DNA of 64,000 nucleotides, taken from assembly GCF_004010195.1 (NCBI RefSeq), contig NC_057749.1, positions 25,534,669 through 25,598,668 on the forward strand, in the 5' to 3' direction. A program made the position numbers and the translations under genes. Below are positions 12,206-24,879 of this stretch, one piece after another. Source of the stretch: Chiloscyllium plagiosum (lineage: Eukaryota). The notes below the pieces were generated by a model, which was given only the letters and a program-made list of their open reading frames with translations, ran no database searches and had not been told where the DNA came from. The first letter of the stretch is position 1, and each line of letters starts with the position of its first letter.

Positions 12206-12506
12206 GGCGGTGCGGTGGCACAGTGGTTAGCACTGCTGCCTCACAGCGCCAGAGACCTGGGTTCAATTCCCACCTCAGGCGACTGACTGTGTGGAGTTTG
12301 CATGTTCTCCCCGTGTCTGCGTGGGTTTCCTCCGGGTGCTCCGGTTTCCTCCCACAGTCCAAAAGATGTGCGGGTCAGGTGAATTGGCCGTGCTAAATTG
12401 CCCATAGTGTTAGGTTAGGGGTATGGGTGGGTTGCGCTTCAGCGGGTCGGTGTGGACTTGTTGGGCCGAAGGGCCTGTTTCCACACTGTAAGTAATCTAA
12501 TCTAAT
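12206..12506 (+). mobile_element. HE1-like V-SINE, full length
   Basis: Same consensus, (taatc)n tail. Confidence 0.9.
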
Positions 12507-12798
12507 ATCACTATGATCAACATTTAATCCTCTAATTCATCAATCTGCACACTCAGCCATTTAATCTGAGCAGCACTGAAAGGGGGATCACACCTCAATG
12601 CCTTACATTAGGAGTCAGTGGGAATAAAGTGCCAATTTGTTACAAAAAAATATAAATCGAGATTGGTTATTCAGAAGTGCTTGTTGTTTAGAAGCTCTGT
12701 ATGCGACAATACAAATCAAATAGTGATCTGACATGTGAAATTGAAAAGCTATTTTGCTGAACCTAATAAAAGGATTGATATGATTTATTGCATTTCAG

Positions 12799-12953
12799 GA
12801 GTGGATCCATTGAATCAGTGGGTCAATTGGAATATGACACTAATGCCACACCACTATCAAGTTCAGAAGCAGTGAAAGTATTGGCAAATGCAGCAGAGAA
12901 CAACCAAACGTTAGGGAACCTTACGATTATTACCACAAGCATCCGCTCTGGCA
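12799..12953 (+). CDS. Gene A exon: SEA-2 part c (SGSIESVGQLEYDTNATPLSSSEAVKVLANAAENNQTLGNLTIITTSIRSG)
   Basis: catttcag / gtaagt, phase 2->1, 155 nt; FR|SGSI motif. Confidence 0.87.
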
Positions 12954-13039
12954 GTAAGTATTAAATTTCACAAAGTGGGCAGCATGTTGTGAAATATAGG
13001 TCTGGTCCCAAATGGTAATTAGGAAGCTTGGCTCAATCG

Positions 13040-13920
13040 TGGATAGGAACACGAAAATGCCATTCAGCCCCTTGAGTCTGTTCCATCATTCAATGAGATA
13101 TTGGCTGATCTGTAGCTTAACTCCACACACCTGCCTTTGGCCCTTATCTCTCAACACATTTGCTTAACAATTGTTGATCTCAGATTTAAAATTAACAACT
13201 GATCCAGCATTCACTGCCAATTATGGAAGACAATTCTAAACCCCTACCACCCTTTATGTGTAGAAGTGTTTCTTAGCATCTCTCTTGAATGATCTGGTCC
13301 TTCCTCTCACGCAATGCCCTGAGTTCTGGAATCCCCAATCAGAGGATATAGTTTATCATTATCTACCCTGAGTTTTCCTGTCAATATTTTGAAGGCTTTG
13401 ATCAGATCACCGCTCAACCTTCCAAAGTCTAAATAAAATTTGTATAATCTCTCCTCATAACTTAACCCATGAAGTCCAAATATCATTCTTGTAAACCTAC
13501 ATTGTTCTCCGTCTAACGCCAATCTATCCTTCCTAAGATGTGATACCAGATCTGCTTACTGTACTCCAAGTGGCTTTTGTATAACTGCAGCATACCTTCT
13601 GCATCCTTGTATCCCAGTCCTCCAGATGTAAAGGCTAGTCTTCTAATAATTGATTATTTTCTGCACCTATTCATAACATTTTAAAGATCTATGCACCTGA
13701 ACCCCTGAGTCCTTTTGGGCATCCATTGTTTTTAACATCAGGCCATCTAGAAAGTACCTTGATCTATCCTGTTTTAGTCCAAAATGGATAACTCATACTT
13801 GTTTATATTAAACTGTGTCTGCCACGATTTTGTCCACCACTTAGTCTATTAATATCCCTTCCTAATTTTATGCTATCATCTACACTGTCTGCAATGCTGC
13901 CTAACTTTGTGTTATTAGCT
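13040..13920 (-). mobile_element. Older CR1-type LINE fragment (others at about 770-1780, 8560-8980, 10070-10550, 14225-14510, 19300-20170, 24345-24830, 49810-50220, 58930-59220, 63330-63880)
   Basis: RFTRMI..LSYEERL..RLSGDLIKAFKIL motif. Confidence 0.8.
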
Positions 13921-15137
13921 ACAGTTCTATGACCAGCCAGGTGGCAGGGTAAGGTCGTTCAATGCTCTGTAATTATTGCTGTCCTGAAGGGAGTCTTCTT
14001 CCAATTCCAATGCCAGCAATGACTGCCTGTAGTTGTAGAGTGTGAGGAGGTTCATCTAGTGAGTAAATCTTGGCATGTAGTGAATGGCAGAATGACCGGC
14101 TCTATAGTGTTACAAAAGCACCTTTCCTGTGTTTTGATCATGTATTAAAGTGTTTAATATTCACTTTTCAAAATGAAATCAATCCTCATTGCTTGAAAAA
14201 AAGTGTTAAAATCTTTCCAACAAACTAAACATGTACCAAACTAGGGGGTACAGGTTCAAGGTGCAAGGTATGGGGGAGGTTTAAAAGAGATGTACGAAGC
14301 AAATCTTTCACACAAGGGGTGGTGAGTGCCAGAGGAAGTGGTGGAAACAGACACAACAGCAGCACTGAAGAAGAACCTGAATAAATACATGAATAGGAAG
14401 GGAATAGAGGGATATGGATGCTGTAAGTGAAAACAGTTTTGGTATGGAAAGGCAAAATATGACAGCGCTGTCTTGGAGGGCCAAATGGCCCTCCTTTGTT
14501 CTACTTTTTGTGTTCTCCTTTGGTAGGGATTTGCTATTCTCTGACACTTTTCTCCTAGCTTTCTACAGGGGTTGTTGGATAAATCAATCCCAATTTCAGC
14601 ATTCCTGCTTTCCATTCTCTAATTTCAAAGGAAAATTATGGCTCCATGAGTTTGGCAGTTTGTAATCATCGTCACCTTTGTTCGCCTTCCCCATTTGGGT
14701 TACAACTCTGTTTTATCAGAACCTCATTCTGTATTTTGGGACCAGCTCTGTTGCCTTCTCTCTGCTGCACTGTGTCCTCTGGAACAGAATTTGTTCCAAT
14801 CACCAGCCTGTGCCAATCCCCTAACCAAATCCCAACCCGCTGGCAGCCATGAAGTTGATGGGAGTGGAAGGGTTGAATTAATAAATGCACACAGCAGAGA
14901 GGGGGGGGGGGTTTCCAAATTGGAGGTTGCATATTGAGAAATCACATGTCACATTGTCTTAGAACCTTCCTGCATTTCAAAATCCGTAGCTGGAAAACTG
15001 GAATCTGCAGATTGCTGTCTACAGATTCCCGATCAGAATTCCCAAAGACTCCGCCTGGAACACAGAAACTGTAATGTTTCATGATCTACACTGTCAGCTG
15101 ACTGTGTTTTCATACTGATTATCTGCTTTTTATTCAG

Positions 15138-15271
15138 GTATCACTGTGAACAATTTGGAGCCAGTTTCTCTGAATATTTTGTTTGTGATAGAAAACGTGA
15201 CTTTTACTGATTCACTCACCAGCAATACTTCCAGTGACTTTACAAGCCTGCGAGATGCAGTCGTCTCCTGG
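15138..15271 (+). CDS. Gene A exon: SEA-3 part a (ITVNNLEPVSLNILFVIENVTFTDSLTSNTSSDFTSLRDAVVSW)
   Basis: tattcag / gtatgt, phase 1->0, 134 nt. Confidence 0.87.
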
Positions 15272-15368
15272 GTATGTAGCAACAAATTGTGAATACAATT
15301 TGAAAATCTCAAAGAGCCGAGATTAAGCATACAGTCTTTCTCACTGGGTTTCTCTTTCTGTCAAACAG

Positions 15369-15433
15369 CTCGAAAACGTTCTCAGATCAGGATTTTCCCC
15401 AGAAGTGCTGCCTAATTCTCGTGTTGTGTTCAG
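15369..15433 (+). CDS. Gene A exon: SEA-3 part b (LENVLRSGFSPEVLPNSRVVFS)
   Basis: aaacag / gtatgt, phase 0->2, 65 nt, after a 97-nt intron. Confidence 0.85.
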
Positions 15434-17098
15434 GTATGTCCACTTTCATCCCATTTCTTTTTCAAGCTAATGTTGCAGTGAATATTTGTGCTTCAGTATT
15501 CAATGCCCATCAGCAACACAGGAGCCTAAATCACATCGTCAGGCTCATTAAAATCGCCTGAAGGTGTTTAAATAAACAAATTCCAGTCAAAGTTGAACAA
15601 CTAATCTTAGAACTTCCAAATGAGGAATGGAAATCACTCCAATTGATTATAAGGTCATAAGGATGTAAGAAATATCTTGAAGTCGCCCACCCTGATGACA
15701 TCCCAGTGTTTCAATGGCAAGTTAGGAATTGATTAATTCAGTTAGGATGTAGAGTGCAGGTTTAATTCATTCATGTCACTGGGCAGACCTGGAGTCTTAT
15801 GTAATCAAAGTGAGGACTACAGACGCTGGAGATCAGAGTTGAGAATGTGGTGCTGGAAAAGCACAGCCAGTCAGGCAGCATCTGAGGAGCAGGAGAATCA
15901 ACGCTTCAAACATAAACTCTTCATCAGCCAAGCGGCAAATTAGGGGCCAAGCCACAATATGATGATGACTGGACTCTCCTGTGGTTCGGTGGTAATGTCC
16001 CTATGACTGGAGCTGAAGACCCTGCTCCAGAGGTGTGCAAATAACATCTCTGAGCAGGTTGTTCAGAAAACTAGGTTAAAGAATAAAATCAAAATGCAAT
16101 GATGGCTGGGCTGCCTTGTGGCACGGTGGTAATTTCCCTAACCTTGGACCCAAAACCTTGGGCTCAAGTCCCACCTACTGTGATGATACCTCTGTGGAGA
16201 GTGCGTTGCTGGAAAAGCACAGCAGGTCAGGCACATTAGGTGCAGGAGAATAGATGTTTTGGGCATAAATCCCTCATTGGGAAAGTGATGGTATCTCTGG
16301 TCAGGTTGATTGGGAAAGAAAAGATTTAAAACTATGATGATGACTGGCTCATGTATTTGTTGTATATATTGGCGAAAACAATTGGTGAGCACCTCCTTCC
16401 ATTTCTTAGCAATAATGCCACAGGACGTTTTACTGAAAAAGCACCCATTCAGCCTCACTGTGCCAGGGGCTTGTGTTCAATTCCAGCCTTGGGTGACTGC
16501 CTGTGTAAGGTTTGCTTGCTATTCCCATTGTCTGTGTGCGTTTCCTGGCACAGTGTAACGTTGTGTGGGTTCGGTGGATTGGCCATGGTAAATTGCTCCA
16601 CAGTGTCCAGGGATGTGCAGACTAGGTGGATAAGCCATTGGAATAGGGATAGGGTAAGGGTCTGGGTGGGATGCTGTTTGGAGCGGGGGTGCAGAATCAA
16701 TGGGCCGATTGGCCTCTTTCTGTGCTGTAGGGATTCAATGAATTCCGAGTTTAAACTGCTGCCAAATAAGCCGCAAGTATAAATCCTGCACCAAGATATC
16801 AATTTTAGGCAAAGGTGCATATGAGCTACTCATATTGTAAGTCAGGCTACAGAACCAAAAGCATGCTTTACACTAATGGATATGCTATGCAAAAAACAAA
16901 GCACTACACTAATTACATGTCACGGAGATAAAAATGCTTCCCTGAGATTTGAAAAAGCATTTCACAGTTGCCAGGGTCCTCAGGATTCCAGTCTTGATGC
17001 TGACTGATTTGAAGAGGGTGGACCTCACCAAAATGACTGAGCGAGTGGGAATCCGCCTAGTAACCAAGCAGCCTATCACGTTTCTGCTTTTATTCCAG

Positions 17099-17244
17099 CA
17101 ACGCTTCCTCAAAGGTACAGGTGACTGCATTCATCCAGATCAACACGACTAAACTAGAAGACCGACCGTTCCTGCGAGACCTGATCATTAATAATGTTAA
17201 CACTTCGGGCTTAGATATCATCAGATCCACTGTGCAAGTAAATG
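17099..17244 (+). CDS. Gene A exon: SEA-3 part c (NASSKVQVTAFIQINTTKLEDRPFLRDLIINNVNTSGLDIIRSTVQVN)
   Basis: tattccag / gtgagt, phase 2->1, 146 nt. Confidence 0.85.
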
Positions 17245-18195
17245 GTGAGTGCCTATTTGTGTGAATGTGTTTTGTCTTGATGTCCAGCACATCATCATGT
17301 GACTCAGAAACTCCTTAGTCTGCTTCATCTGCAAAAGCAAATGTTTTTAAAGTCGAGAGACTGTTGTTACATAAAGAGACCAAAAGACCTGAAAAAAAAT
17401 TGAATGTTTTCTGGGCTAATGGAATTCCCTCATTTTCTACCTCTCTTTCCTCCCTTGAGATATCCCATAAACCCTATTTCTTGACCTCACCTGCCCTACC
17501 ATCTATTTTACATGACATGATTGCAAAGCACCTTGGGACATTTTGATCATAGAATGATTAAAAGTAATCTTTTAACACAAAAAAATTGAATCTTTGATTT
17601 TAACAAGATCAGTGTGAGGACGTATTAAATCTTGCATGCATTTCCTTTACACACTCCACTTTGTCTTGTCCCAGTCTATGGTTGCATATCTCTATTAATG
17701 TCTCTCTCAATGTAAATTGCTATGTCAACAAGCCCTATTCAATCCTCACATGTCAACAGTCACGATGTAGGTGCAGCCTCATGCCTTAAGGTAGTGCTGT
17801 GGAGTATGTTTCTGAATATTCTCTTGTGCACCTCTGTCCACCATGTTTCCTAAAAATATGTCACAGGTAATTTAATCATCTGTATAAGCTGAGGTATAAT
17901 TTAATTTTCTGAACATAGTAGGTTAGTTGTAGGGCTATATTCCACTTTCAGAGTAGCTTAGAACAGGAAATAGGATTTTTGCAATGTTGGTATTCACCAC
18001 TCATTTAACTCGTCATCATACACTGTGAAAGCTAGAGCATTTTGCTTCGGTCACGACTATTTCTACACACCCAAACGCTTTTCCTGTTTGTGTTAACAAT
18101 TTTGCGAATATTAAAGACCATTTTTGTTCTCTAGGAAGAGGTTGAGCTGGAAGTGTGACCTTCAAACTGATGTGCGGTATTCTTTCTTTCATCAG

Positions 18196-18320
18196 GTGAC
18201 ATGATTTCCTTTCAATCGTTCTCGCTGGTTCTTCGGTTTACAAATCGAAATTTCGTAGATGCTCTGAACAACAGGTCAAGTGCTGAATTCAAAGAGCTCA
18301 GCACCACAGTGACAAACGTG
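18196..18320 (+). CDS. Gene A exon: SEA-4 part a (DMISFQSFSLVLRFTNRNFVDALNNRSSAEFKELSTTVTNV)
   Basis: ttcatcag / gtaagt, phase 1->0, 125 nt; matches ORF 18201..18389. Confidence 0.9.
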
Positions 18321-20176
18321 GTAAGTTATCAGTTCAGACCAGGACACTGCGAAGATGAAATGAATTTTCAAACATTGAGTGTTATTTGAACAGTGATAAT
18401 ATTGTCATTTTTCCAGCTGTGTTTTGGTGTAGAGATTAATTATGGCAGTTTATTACAAAGAAACAGAACCAGGTAATGTTAAGGTTGACTGCACCAACAA
18501 TATTATCGAGTTCTGGTTCGAGTGCCAATCTCTATGTCGATACTGGAGGTCAGAGTCAAAAAGGGCAATGCTGGAAATGCACAGCATCTGAGGAGCAGGA
18601 GAGTCAACGTTTCGAGCATAAGCTGTTCATCAGGTATGTCTGACAAAGAGCTTATGCCCAAAACGTCGACTCTCCTGCCCCTTCGGATGCTGCCTGACTG
18701 GCTGTGCTTTTCCAGCAACGCATGTTTTGACTCTAAAAGATTTGTTGGTTTACAAATGCAATGCTAAAGCGGGTCTACATTTAATCCTCACCCAGGCACA
18801 GTGTTGAGATAGTCAGGATTTTAATGTATTACATTGTTCCCATGTAATTTGTTGTTTGCCCACCAGCATTATAATTGCGTCTTGGCCTGTTAAGGGCCAG
18901 TTGCTAACTCCCATTGGAGCCACAGTACCACGAGCAACCTTTAACCTTTAAGGCACCTTGCTGTTTTAGACAAGATAGAAAATGGTGGGAGGTCCTACAT
19001 GACTTCAGCAGAGGGTCATCAGGAGCAACACTGCACTCTCTTATCATTGTCTGTACGTGTGATATTACGAACTTCTGGCACCAACAGAGGGCTGGCTCTC
19101 CCCGTTGTGTGAGCTCTGCTTTGCAAGTCCTCTTGGTGTAAGGCTTGAAGCAGCAGGGGCATACACTAAGAATTCAGGCCGGGGATGGTCAAAGCCTAGG
19201 ATTAGAAAAGCCAGGCCTGGTGCCCTCTGCCAGTGGAATCCCACCATCCACCATTGAAGTGTTCACTTTTCCTTTATTCAAGGATAATGTTGGAATGAAC
19301 AAAGAACAAAGAAGATTTCCAGCCCAGGAACAGGCCCTTCGGCCCTCCAAGCCTGAGCCGATCCAAATCCACTGTCCAAACCTGTCACCCAATTCTTAAG
19401 CATCTGTATCCCTCTGCTCCCCACCTACTCATGCATCTGTCCAGACGCACCTTAAGTGACTATACCGTGCCTGCCTCTACTACCTCTGCTGGCAACGCGT
19501 TCCAGGCACCTACCACCCTCTGTGGCATGTATCCCTCTTAAACTTTTCACCTCTCATCTTGAATGCATGACCTCTCATTATTGAATCCCTCACCCTGGGA
19601 AAAAGCTTATTTCTACCACCCTGTCTATACCTTTCATGATTTTGTAGACCTCATGAATCACAGGAGTATTTAAGTGGGCACTTGGGGAGGCCAGACTCTT
19701 GATGCGGTTCTGGCCTCCTCCACAAGAATTAGCGTATCGTCGAGGTCTACAGCATAGAAGCAGGCCCTTCGGCCCAACTTGTCCATGACATCCAGTTTTC
19801 ACAATTAATCTGGTCCTATTTGCCTGCGCTTGGTCTATATCCCTCCGTACCTATCCCATCCATGAACCTGTCCAAATGTTTGCTAAATGGCAAAATTGTA
19901 CTCACTTCCATCACTATCTCTGGCAGCCTGCTCCAGATACCAACCACTCTGTGTGAAACCGTGGACCCCCCAGACCCTTATGTATTTCTTCCGGTTCCCT
20001 TTAAACCTATTCCCTCTAGTTTTAGACTCCCTTACCATAGGGAAAAGCTGTTGGCTATCGACCTTTCATATGCCTCTCATCATTTTATAGACCTCCATAA
20101 GATCTCCCCTCAGTGTCCTATGCTCCAGGCTAAAATGTCCCAGCCTATCTAACTTTCCCTTAAAACTCAAATAGCA

Positions 20177-20494
20177 CGGGTGGCACGGTGGCTCAGTGGT
20201 TAGCACTGCTGCCTCACAGCACCAGGGTCCTAGGTTCGATTCCCACCTGTCTGTGTAGAGTTTGCATATTCTCCCCGTGTCTGCGTGGGTTTCCTCCTGG
20301 TGCTCTGGTTTCCGCTCACAATCCAAAGATGTGCAGGTCAGATGAATTGGCCATGCTAAATTGCATTAGGTGCATTAGTCAGGGGTAAATATAGGGTCGG
20401 GGAATGGGTTTGGGTGGGTTTCTCTTCAGAGGGGCGGTGTGGACTTGTTAGGCCGAAGGGCCTGTTTCCACACTGTAGAGAATCTAATCTAATC
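20177..20494 (+). mobile_element. HE1-like V-SINE nested in a CR1 fragment
   Basis: Same consensus. Confidence 0.9.
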
Positions 20495-20844
20495 TTTTAC
20501 TCCAGGTAGCATCCTAGTAAATCTTTTCTGCACTCTTTCTAGTTTAATAATGTTATTTCTTTAGTAGGATATACACTGCACTCAGTACACCAAATGTGGC
20601 CTCACCAACATCTTGACATGTTCCATTGTGAGCCCCATGTGTGTTTTCTATCAATGACATTCACATAAATAGTGTCGTGTAAGCTTGACTCCTATTGCCA
20701 AATTGTCTAGATGGCGCTCCCCTCATACAGAGCTCTCCATCTGGACCGAAAGATTGTTTTGGATTTGAAGGGAGGGATTCATGTCCTTCAAACCTCTGCG
20801 TTGCCCTCTTTAAATACACTCATTCTTGTCTTTTTGTGTTGTAG

Positions 20845-20903
20845 ATGAACAATATCTTTCAAAACAATCCAAACTTCATTGAAGTTATAATCGACGAATT
20901 TAG
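20845..20903 (+). CDS. Gene A exon: SEA-4 part b (MNNIFQNNPNFIEVIIDEFR)
   Basis: ttgtag / gtaagg, phase 0->2, 59 nt. Confidence 0.88.
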
Positions 20904-21595
20904 GTAAGGACCAATCTTACTCATCTCTTGAAAAGAAAGAAAATGCTGAATATTTTGGACAAGAGTGAGATCCTTTTCTTGTTATCGGTATTATCTGTGT
21001 CTGCCAGAACTAACTACTTGGAGCATTCAATGAATTTGATCCATCTGCATTTTCAGGCTGGAGTAAGACTACGTGTGGCATTACTTTTCTTAGTCGTTGC
21101 ACAGATGAAAGAAGTTTGCGTGTTTTCACTCTTGATTAAGGGGTGGAATGGTAGCTCAGTGGTTAGCACTGCTACTGTATAGTGCCAGGGATCTGGGTTC
21201 AATCCCACCATTGACTGACTGCCTGGAGTTTGCACATTCTCCCCATGACTGCATGGGTTCTCTCCGGGTGCTCTGGTTTCCTCCCACAGTCCAAAGATGT
21301 GCAGATTAGATGGATTGGCAATTGTCCCATACTGTCCAGGAATATGTCAGCCAGTGGCTTAGCTGTAAGGGTGACAAGGATACAGTAGGTGGCGGGTAGG
21401 ATGCCTATCAGAGGGTTAGTGTGGTCTTGATGGGCCAAATGGCCTGTTTCCACACTGTAAGGAGTCTGTGGGAAAGTCAAGCAAGCAGTTTAAATTGATA
21501 AGGGGAGCAAATTGTGTGTTGCATCTAATTATTCTTGTTGCATTCTGTATTTAACTACATTGTTAATAGCTTTCTTTCTCTTTATAACTGTACAG

Positions 21596-21735
21596 AGATG
21601 GATCTGTTATGGCTATTAGTCAAGCAATATTCCTTAATAATACAACTCAGCGGTCTGATGTTATCCAGCAACTTGTCGATAATACTGCCACATTCAGCAG
21701 TGCTAATTTAAGCTTGGACACCAACTCCCTTATAG
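21596..21735 (+). CDS. Gene A exon: SEA-4 part c (DGSVMAISQAIFLNNTTQRSDVIQQLVDNTATFSSANLSLDTNSLI)
   Basis: gtacag / gtaggt, phase 2->1, 140 nt; FR|DGSV motif. Confidence 0.88.
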
Positions 21736-22452
21736 GTAGGTTACATGAAGGTGCCACCTTCTTTTCTTTGTAAATGATATTTAATAGAGTATCTTTATGG
21801 TCAGAAAACAAGGATTGACTACCCTCCCTAGTGGGAGAAAGTGGGGACTGCAGATGCTGGAGATCAGAATCGAAATGTGTGGTGCTGGAAAAGCACAGCT
21901 GGTCAGGCAGTATCCGAGGAGGTGATAAGTCGATGAAGGTGGAAGGTGATGGTGATAGGTCGGACCGGAGGGTGGAGCGGCTAGGTGGAAAGGAAGATGG
22001 ACAGGGAGGACAGTTCAAGAGGTCGGCGACAGGTTGGAAGGTTGGATGTGGATGAGGTGGGGATAGGGGAGATGAGGAAATCGACATTGATCCTGTGTGG
22101 TTGGAGGGTCCTCTCTAGTGCTCTTAAAGGGACAGAAAGACCCGGGATGTGTATGAGTGCTTGACCTGTGGCCCAACCAGTACATACTTGCAGTTCCTTG
22201 GTGTGAGGCGTGCCGTCACTGAGTTGAAGGTGTACTCTCATGGCATGGGCAATCATCTGGCAGACTGTGCCACCCGCACTGGCCAAACCGGTACTGGGGC
22301 CAGTTTGCTTCATCATGGTCCATGCAACTTTGCACTCATTCTTTTCTCAACTGGGAAAAGCAAACACAGCCTGAGACGTGGATCAGGCCAATGGCCTAGA
22401 ACATGTTAAGTCTCCTGTGGAATGTGTCAGAAAAAGAATTGTATCTGTATAG

Positions 22453-22746
22453 CGCTCAGTGGTTAGCACTGCTGCCTCACAGCACCAGGGACCCAGATTC
22501 GATTCCAGCCTCATGCTCTGTGTGTCTATGTGGCTTTCCTCCGGGTGCTCCAGTTTCCTTCCACAGTCCAAAGATGTGCAGGTTTCGTTAATTGACCATG
22601 TTGAATTGCCCATAGTGTTAGGTGCATTAGTCAGGGGCAAAGGTAGGGTAGGGGAATGGGTCTGGATAGGTTCTCTTCAGAGGGTCGATGTGGAATTGTT
22701 GGGCTGAAGGGCCTGTTTACATTCTATAGGGAATCTAATCTAATCA
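22453..22746 (+). mobile_element. HE1-like V-SINE
   Basis: Same consensus. Confidence 0.85.
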
Positions 22747-23373
22747 AAAACAAGTGACTGTGTCTCAGAGGAGCTTTATAAAGCAGATACGATACCAAGT
22801 CACCTGCAGTGATATGATGAGCAGAAGTTTGGAGATACAGGGGAAATATGACATTGAGCAATTGATCGGTCGTGATATAGATCAATGGGCTGAATGGCCT
22901 ACTCCTGTTTCTATTTTCCTAAAGGAAGGAAATGAGACAGAGAGATGCTGAAGCTGGAGAGAATTCCAGCATTAGGGAGCAGTGAAGCATTGAAGGGATT
23001 TGGAAACAAGGATGAGAAGTCTAAACTCAAGCTATTTGCTTAATTGGGAGCCAATGTAGCTGAGATATTTCCATCTGTGCCTCCCCACTGTTTCCTATCT
23101 CTTAGCCAATTATCGGCTGCTATTCAGGCCGAAGACCATGACAGATGCAGTATATCCCTCGAATCGGCAATGAATATACATCAGTTATTGTTTAAAAGGG
23201 GAGACATGTTCATTTGGAGGCATCTTGGTGACTTGTTTTAAATAGACTTTTGGCTGGAAATGCAAAGCAGACAATACTACTTGTGATGTTAGAAGCCCAC
23301 ATACATTAATCTGAGAGATTGGAATCTGTTAAATCACTCAGGTGTATTGAACATAACTCTTTTCTGTTCACAG

Positions 23374-23525
23374 GTGCTACCACCACCACTGCACCCATGA
23401 CCACCTCTGCCTCAACCACCACAGTAAACCAGCCACCTCCTGACACACCCTTCCCAGGATTTGCTATTGCGATCATTGTGATGTGTCTGTTGGCTATCAT
23501 TGCAATCCCAATCCTCATTGTTGTG
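23374..23525 (+). CDS. Gene A exon: short Thr-rich stalk + transmembrane helix (…PFPGFAIAIIVMCLLAIIAIPILIVV)
   Basis: ttcacag / gtaagt, phase 1->0, 152 nt; hydrophobic run of more than 20 aa. Confidence 0.92.
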
Positions 23526-23642
23526 GTAAGTCCATAAAACCATTTGCTTGGGACCTCGATCTCGAGGTACACACAGCTATCTTAGCAGCCCCTGCAATAC
23601 TGAGCATCGACATTGACCATCTCTTCTCATTGTCTCTTGCAG

Positions 23643-23732
23643 TTTGTTAAGACTGGATTTTGTTCCAAAGTGGCAAACGCATTCAGACTGGAAGGCCCTG
23701 ATGATTTGGATATGAAACTTCCAATGTTTGGT
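23643..23732 (+). CDS. Gene A exon: cytoplasmic tail 1 (FVKTGFCSKVANAFRLEGPDDLDMKLPMFG)
   Basis: cttgcag / gtaagt, phase 0->0, 90 nt; aligns with gene B exon 58442-58540. Confidence 0.87.
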
Positions 23733-24855
23733 GTAAGTGTCAACTCTAGCCCAAACCTTCTGGTTCTCCCTTAGGTCTAGAATGCAAATTTCTCTTTACA
23801 CATTTCTACTAGCCATTGTGTAGATGGGAGCCATCTTGGGAGCTGCCTTCTATTGGCTCAGCTTTAAGCATCGACACTTTCCAATACTTATTCATTGAAG
23901 CGACTCAATTCCAGTCCAAATTGTCAGGATCATGTAGCAAACTGATTACCCACGCATTTTGGGAATATTTATCAATGAATGAAAGAAAATGCAAACTCAC
24001 TGTGTGAAAGTCATTTGGGTGGGTAGTGGGAGCAGATTCAATAATATACTTGGAGAGATAAAATTGCAGAACAACAGCGAAAGAGCAGGATTTCACCTTC
24101 TAAAAACTAGCATGCATAGGACAGGCTGAACAGCCTCCTGTGTTGAAAGCTTCTAATATACAGGGCATGCTTGTAGGGACTAGTCCCCCACCCTGCTTAA
24201 GACCAAATGGGGGCAGCTTAGTAATCTCTCAATCCATCTCCTTACCTTCAGAATGAACTTGGTCTCGCTCAGCTGGCGAGATCGATCCTGCTAACTTTAT
24301 GTAGAAAAGATTGTCAGCCGATCTGTAGCTTATGGTTTCAACATAGAGTCATACAGTACAGAAGCAGGCCCTTCAGCCCACCATGTGTGTGCTGACCAAC
24401 AAGCTGCAAATTGCACTCATCCCATTTGCCTGCACTTGGTCCATAGCCTATGATGACCTGGGTTGCGAGAGTACCTGCTTTTACCACCCTCTCAGGCAGT
24501 GCCTTCTACGTTTCTGCCACCTTCTGAGTGAAAAAGGAATTTCTTTTAAACCGTTCGCACCTTGCCTTAAACATATGCCCTCTGGTCTTCTCATGTCCGC
24601 CATGGGGAAAAGATTCTCACGATCTACTGTGTCTATGCCTCTCTTAGTATATCTCAATCAGATCCACCCTCAGGCTCCTGTGCTCCAGGGAAAATGAACC
24701 CAGCCTATCCTGGCAGAACTGAGACTTTCCATCCCAGGCTACATCCTGAGGAATCTCCTCTGCACCTTCTCCAGTTTGATCATATGCTTCAATAGAGTGA
24801 CCGGAACTGCACACAGATCGAATAGTGTAACAATGATTCATTTGTCTCACATTAG

Positions 24856-24879
24856 GGTCGATCGTACAACTTCCAGTGA
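24856..24879 (+). CDS. Gene A probable terminal coding exon (GRSYNFQ*)
   Basis: cacattag acceptor, phase 0; followed by about 2.6 kb free of recognisable repeats; ending resembles gene B (YSFNS*). Confidence 0.65.
   Translation, partial: GRSYNFQ

Larger units (their letters stand above)
1832..24879 (+). other. Gene A span (5'-incomplete): multi-SEA-domain transmembrane mucin, MUC1/MUC16-like; 15 coding exons in window
   Basis: 15 exons with AG/GT boundaries and mutually compatible phases. Summed length 1973 nt = 2 + 657 codons, ending in TGA at 24877-24879. Order: SEA-PTS-SEA-SEA-SEA-short PTS-TM-tail. Confidence 0.9.

Noticed and set aside
12206..12280. tRNA-like A/B boxes
   Set aside because: SINE heads, not tRNA genes; they continue directly into the V-domain.
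24252..24400. Alternative acceptor (ccttcag) for gene A's last exon
   Set aside because: Frame runs into a LINE fragment and shows no similarity to gene B's tail; 24856 is preferred though unproven.
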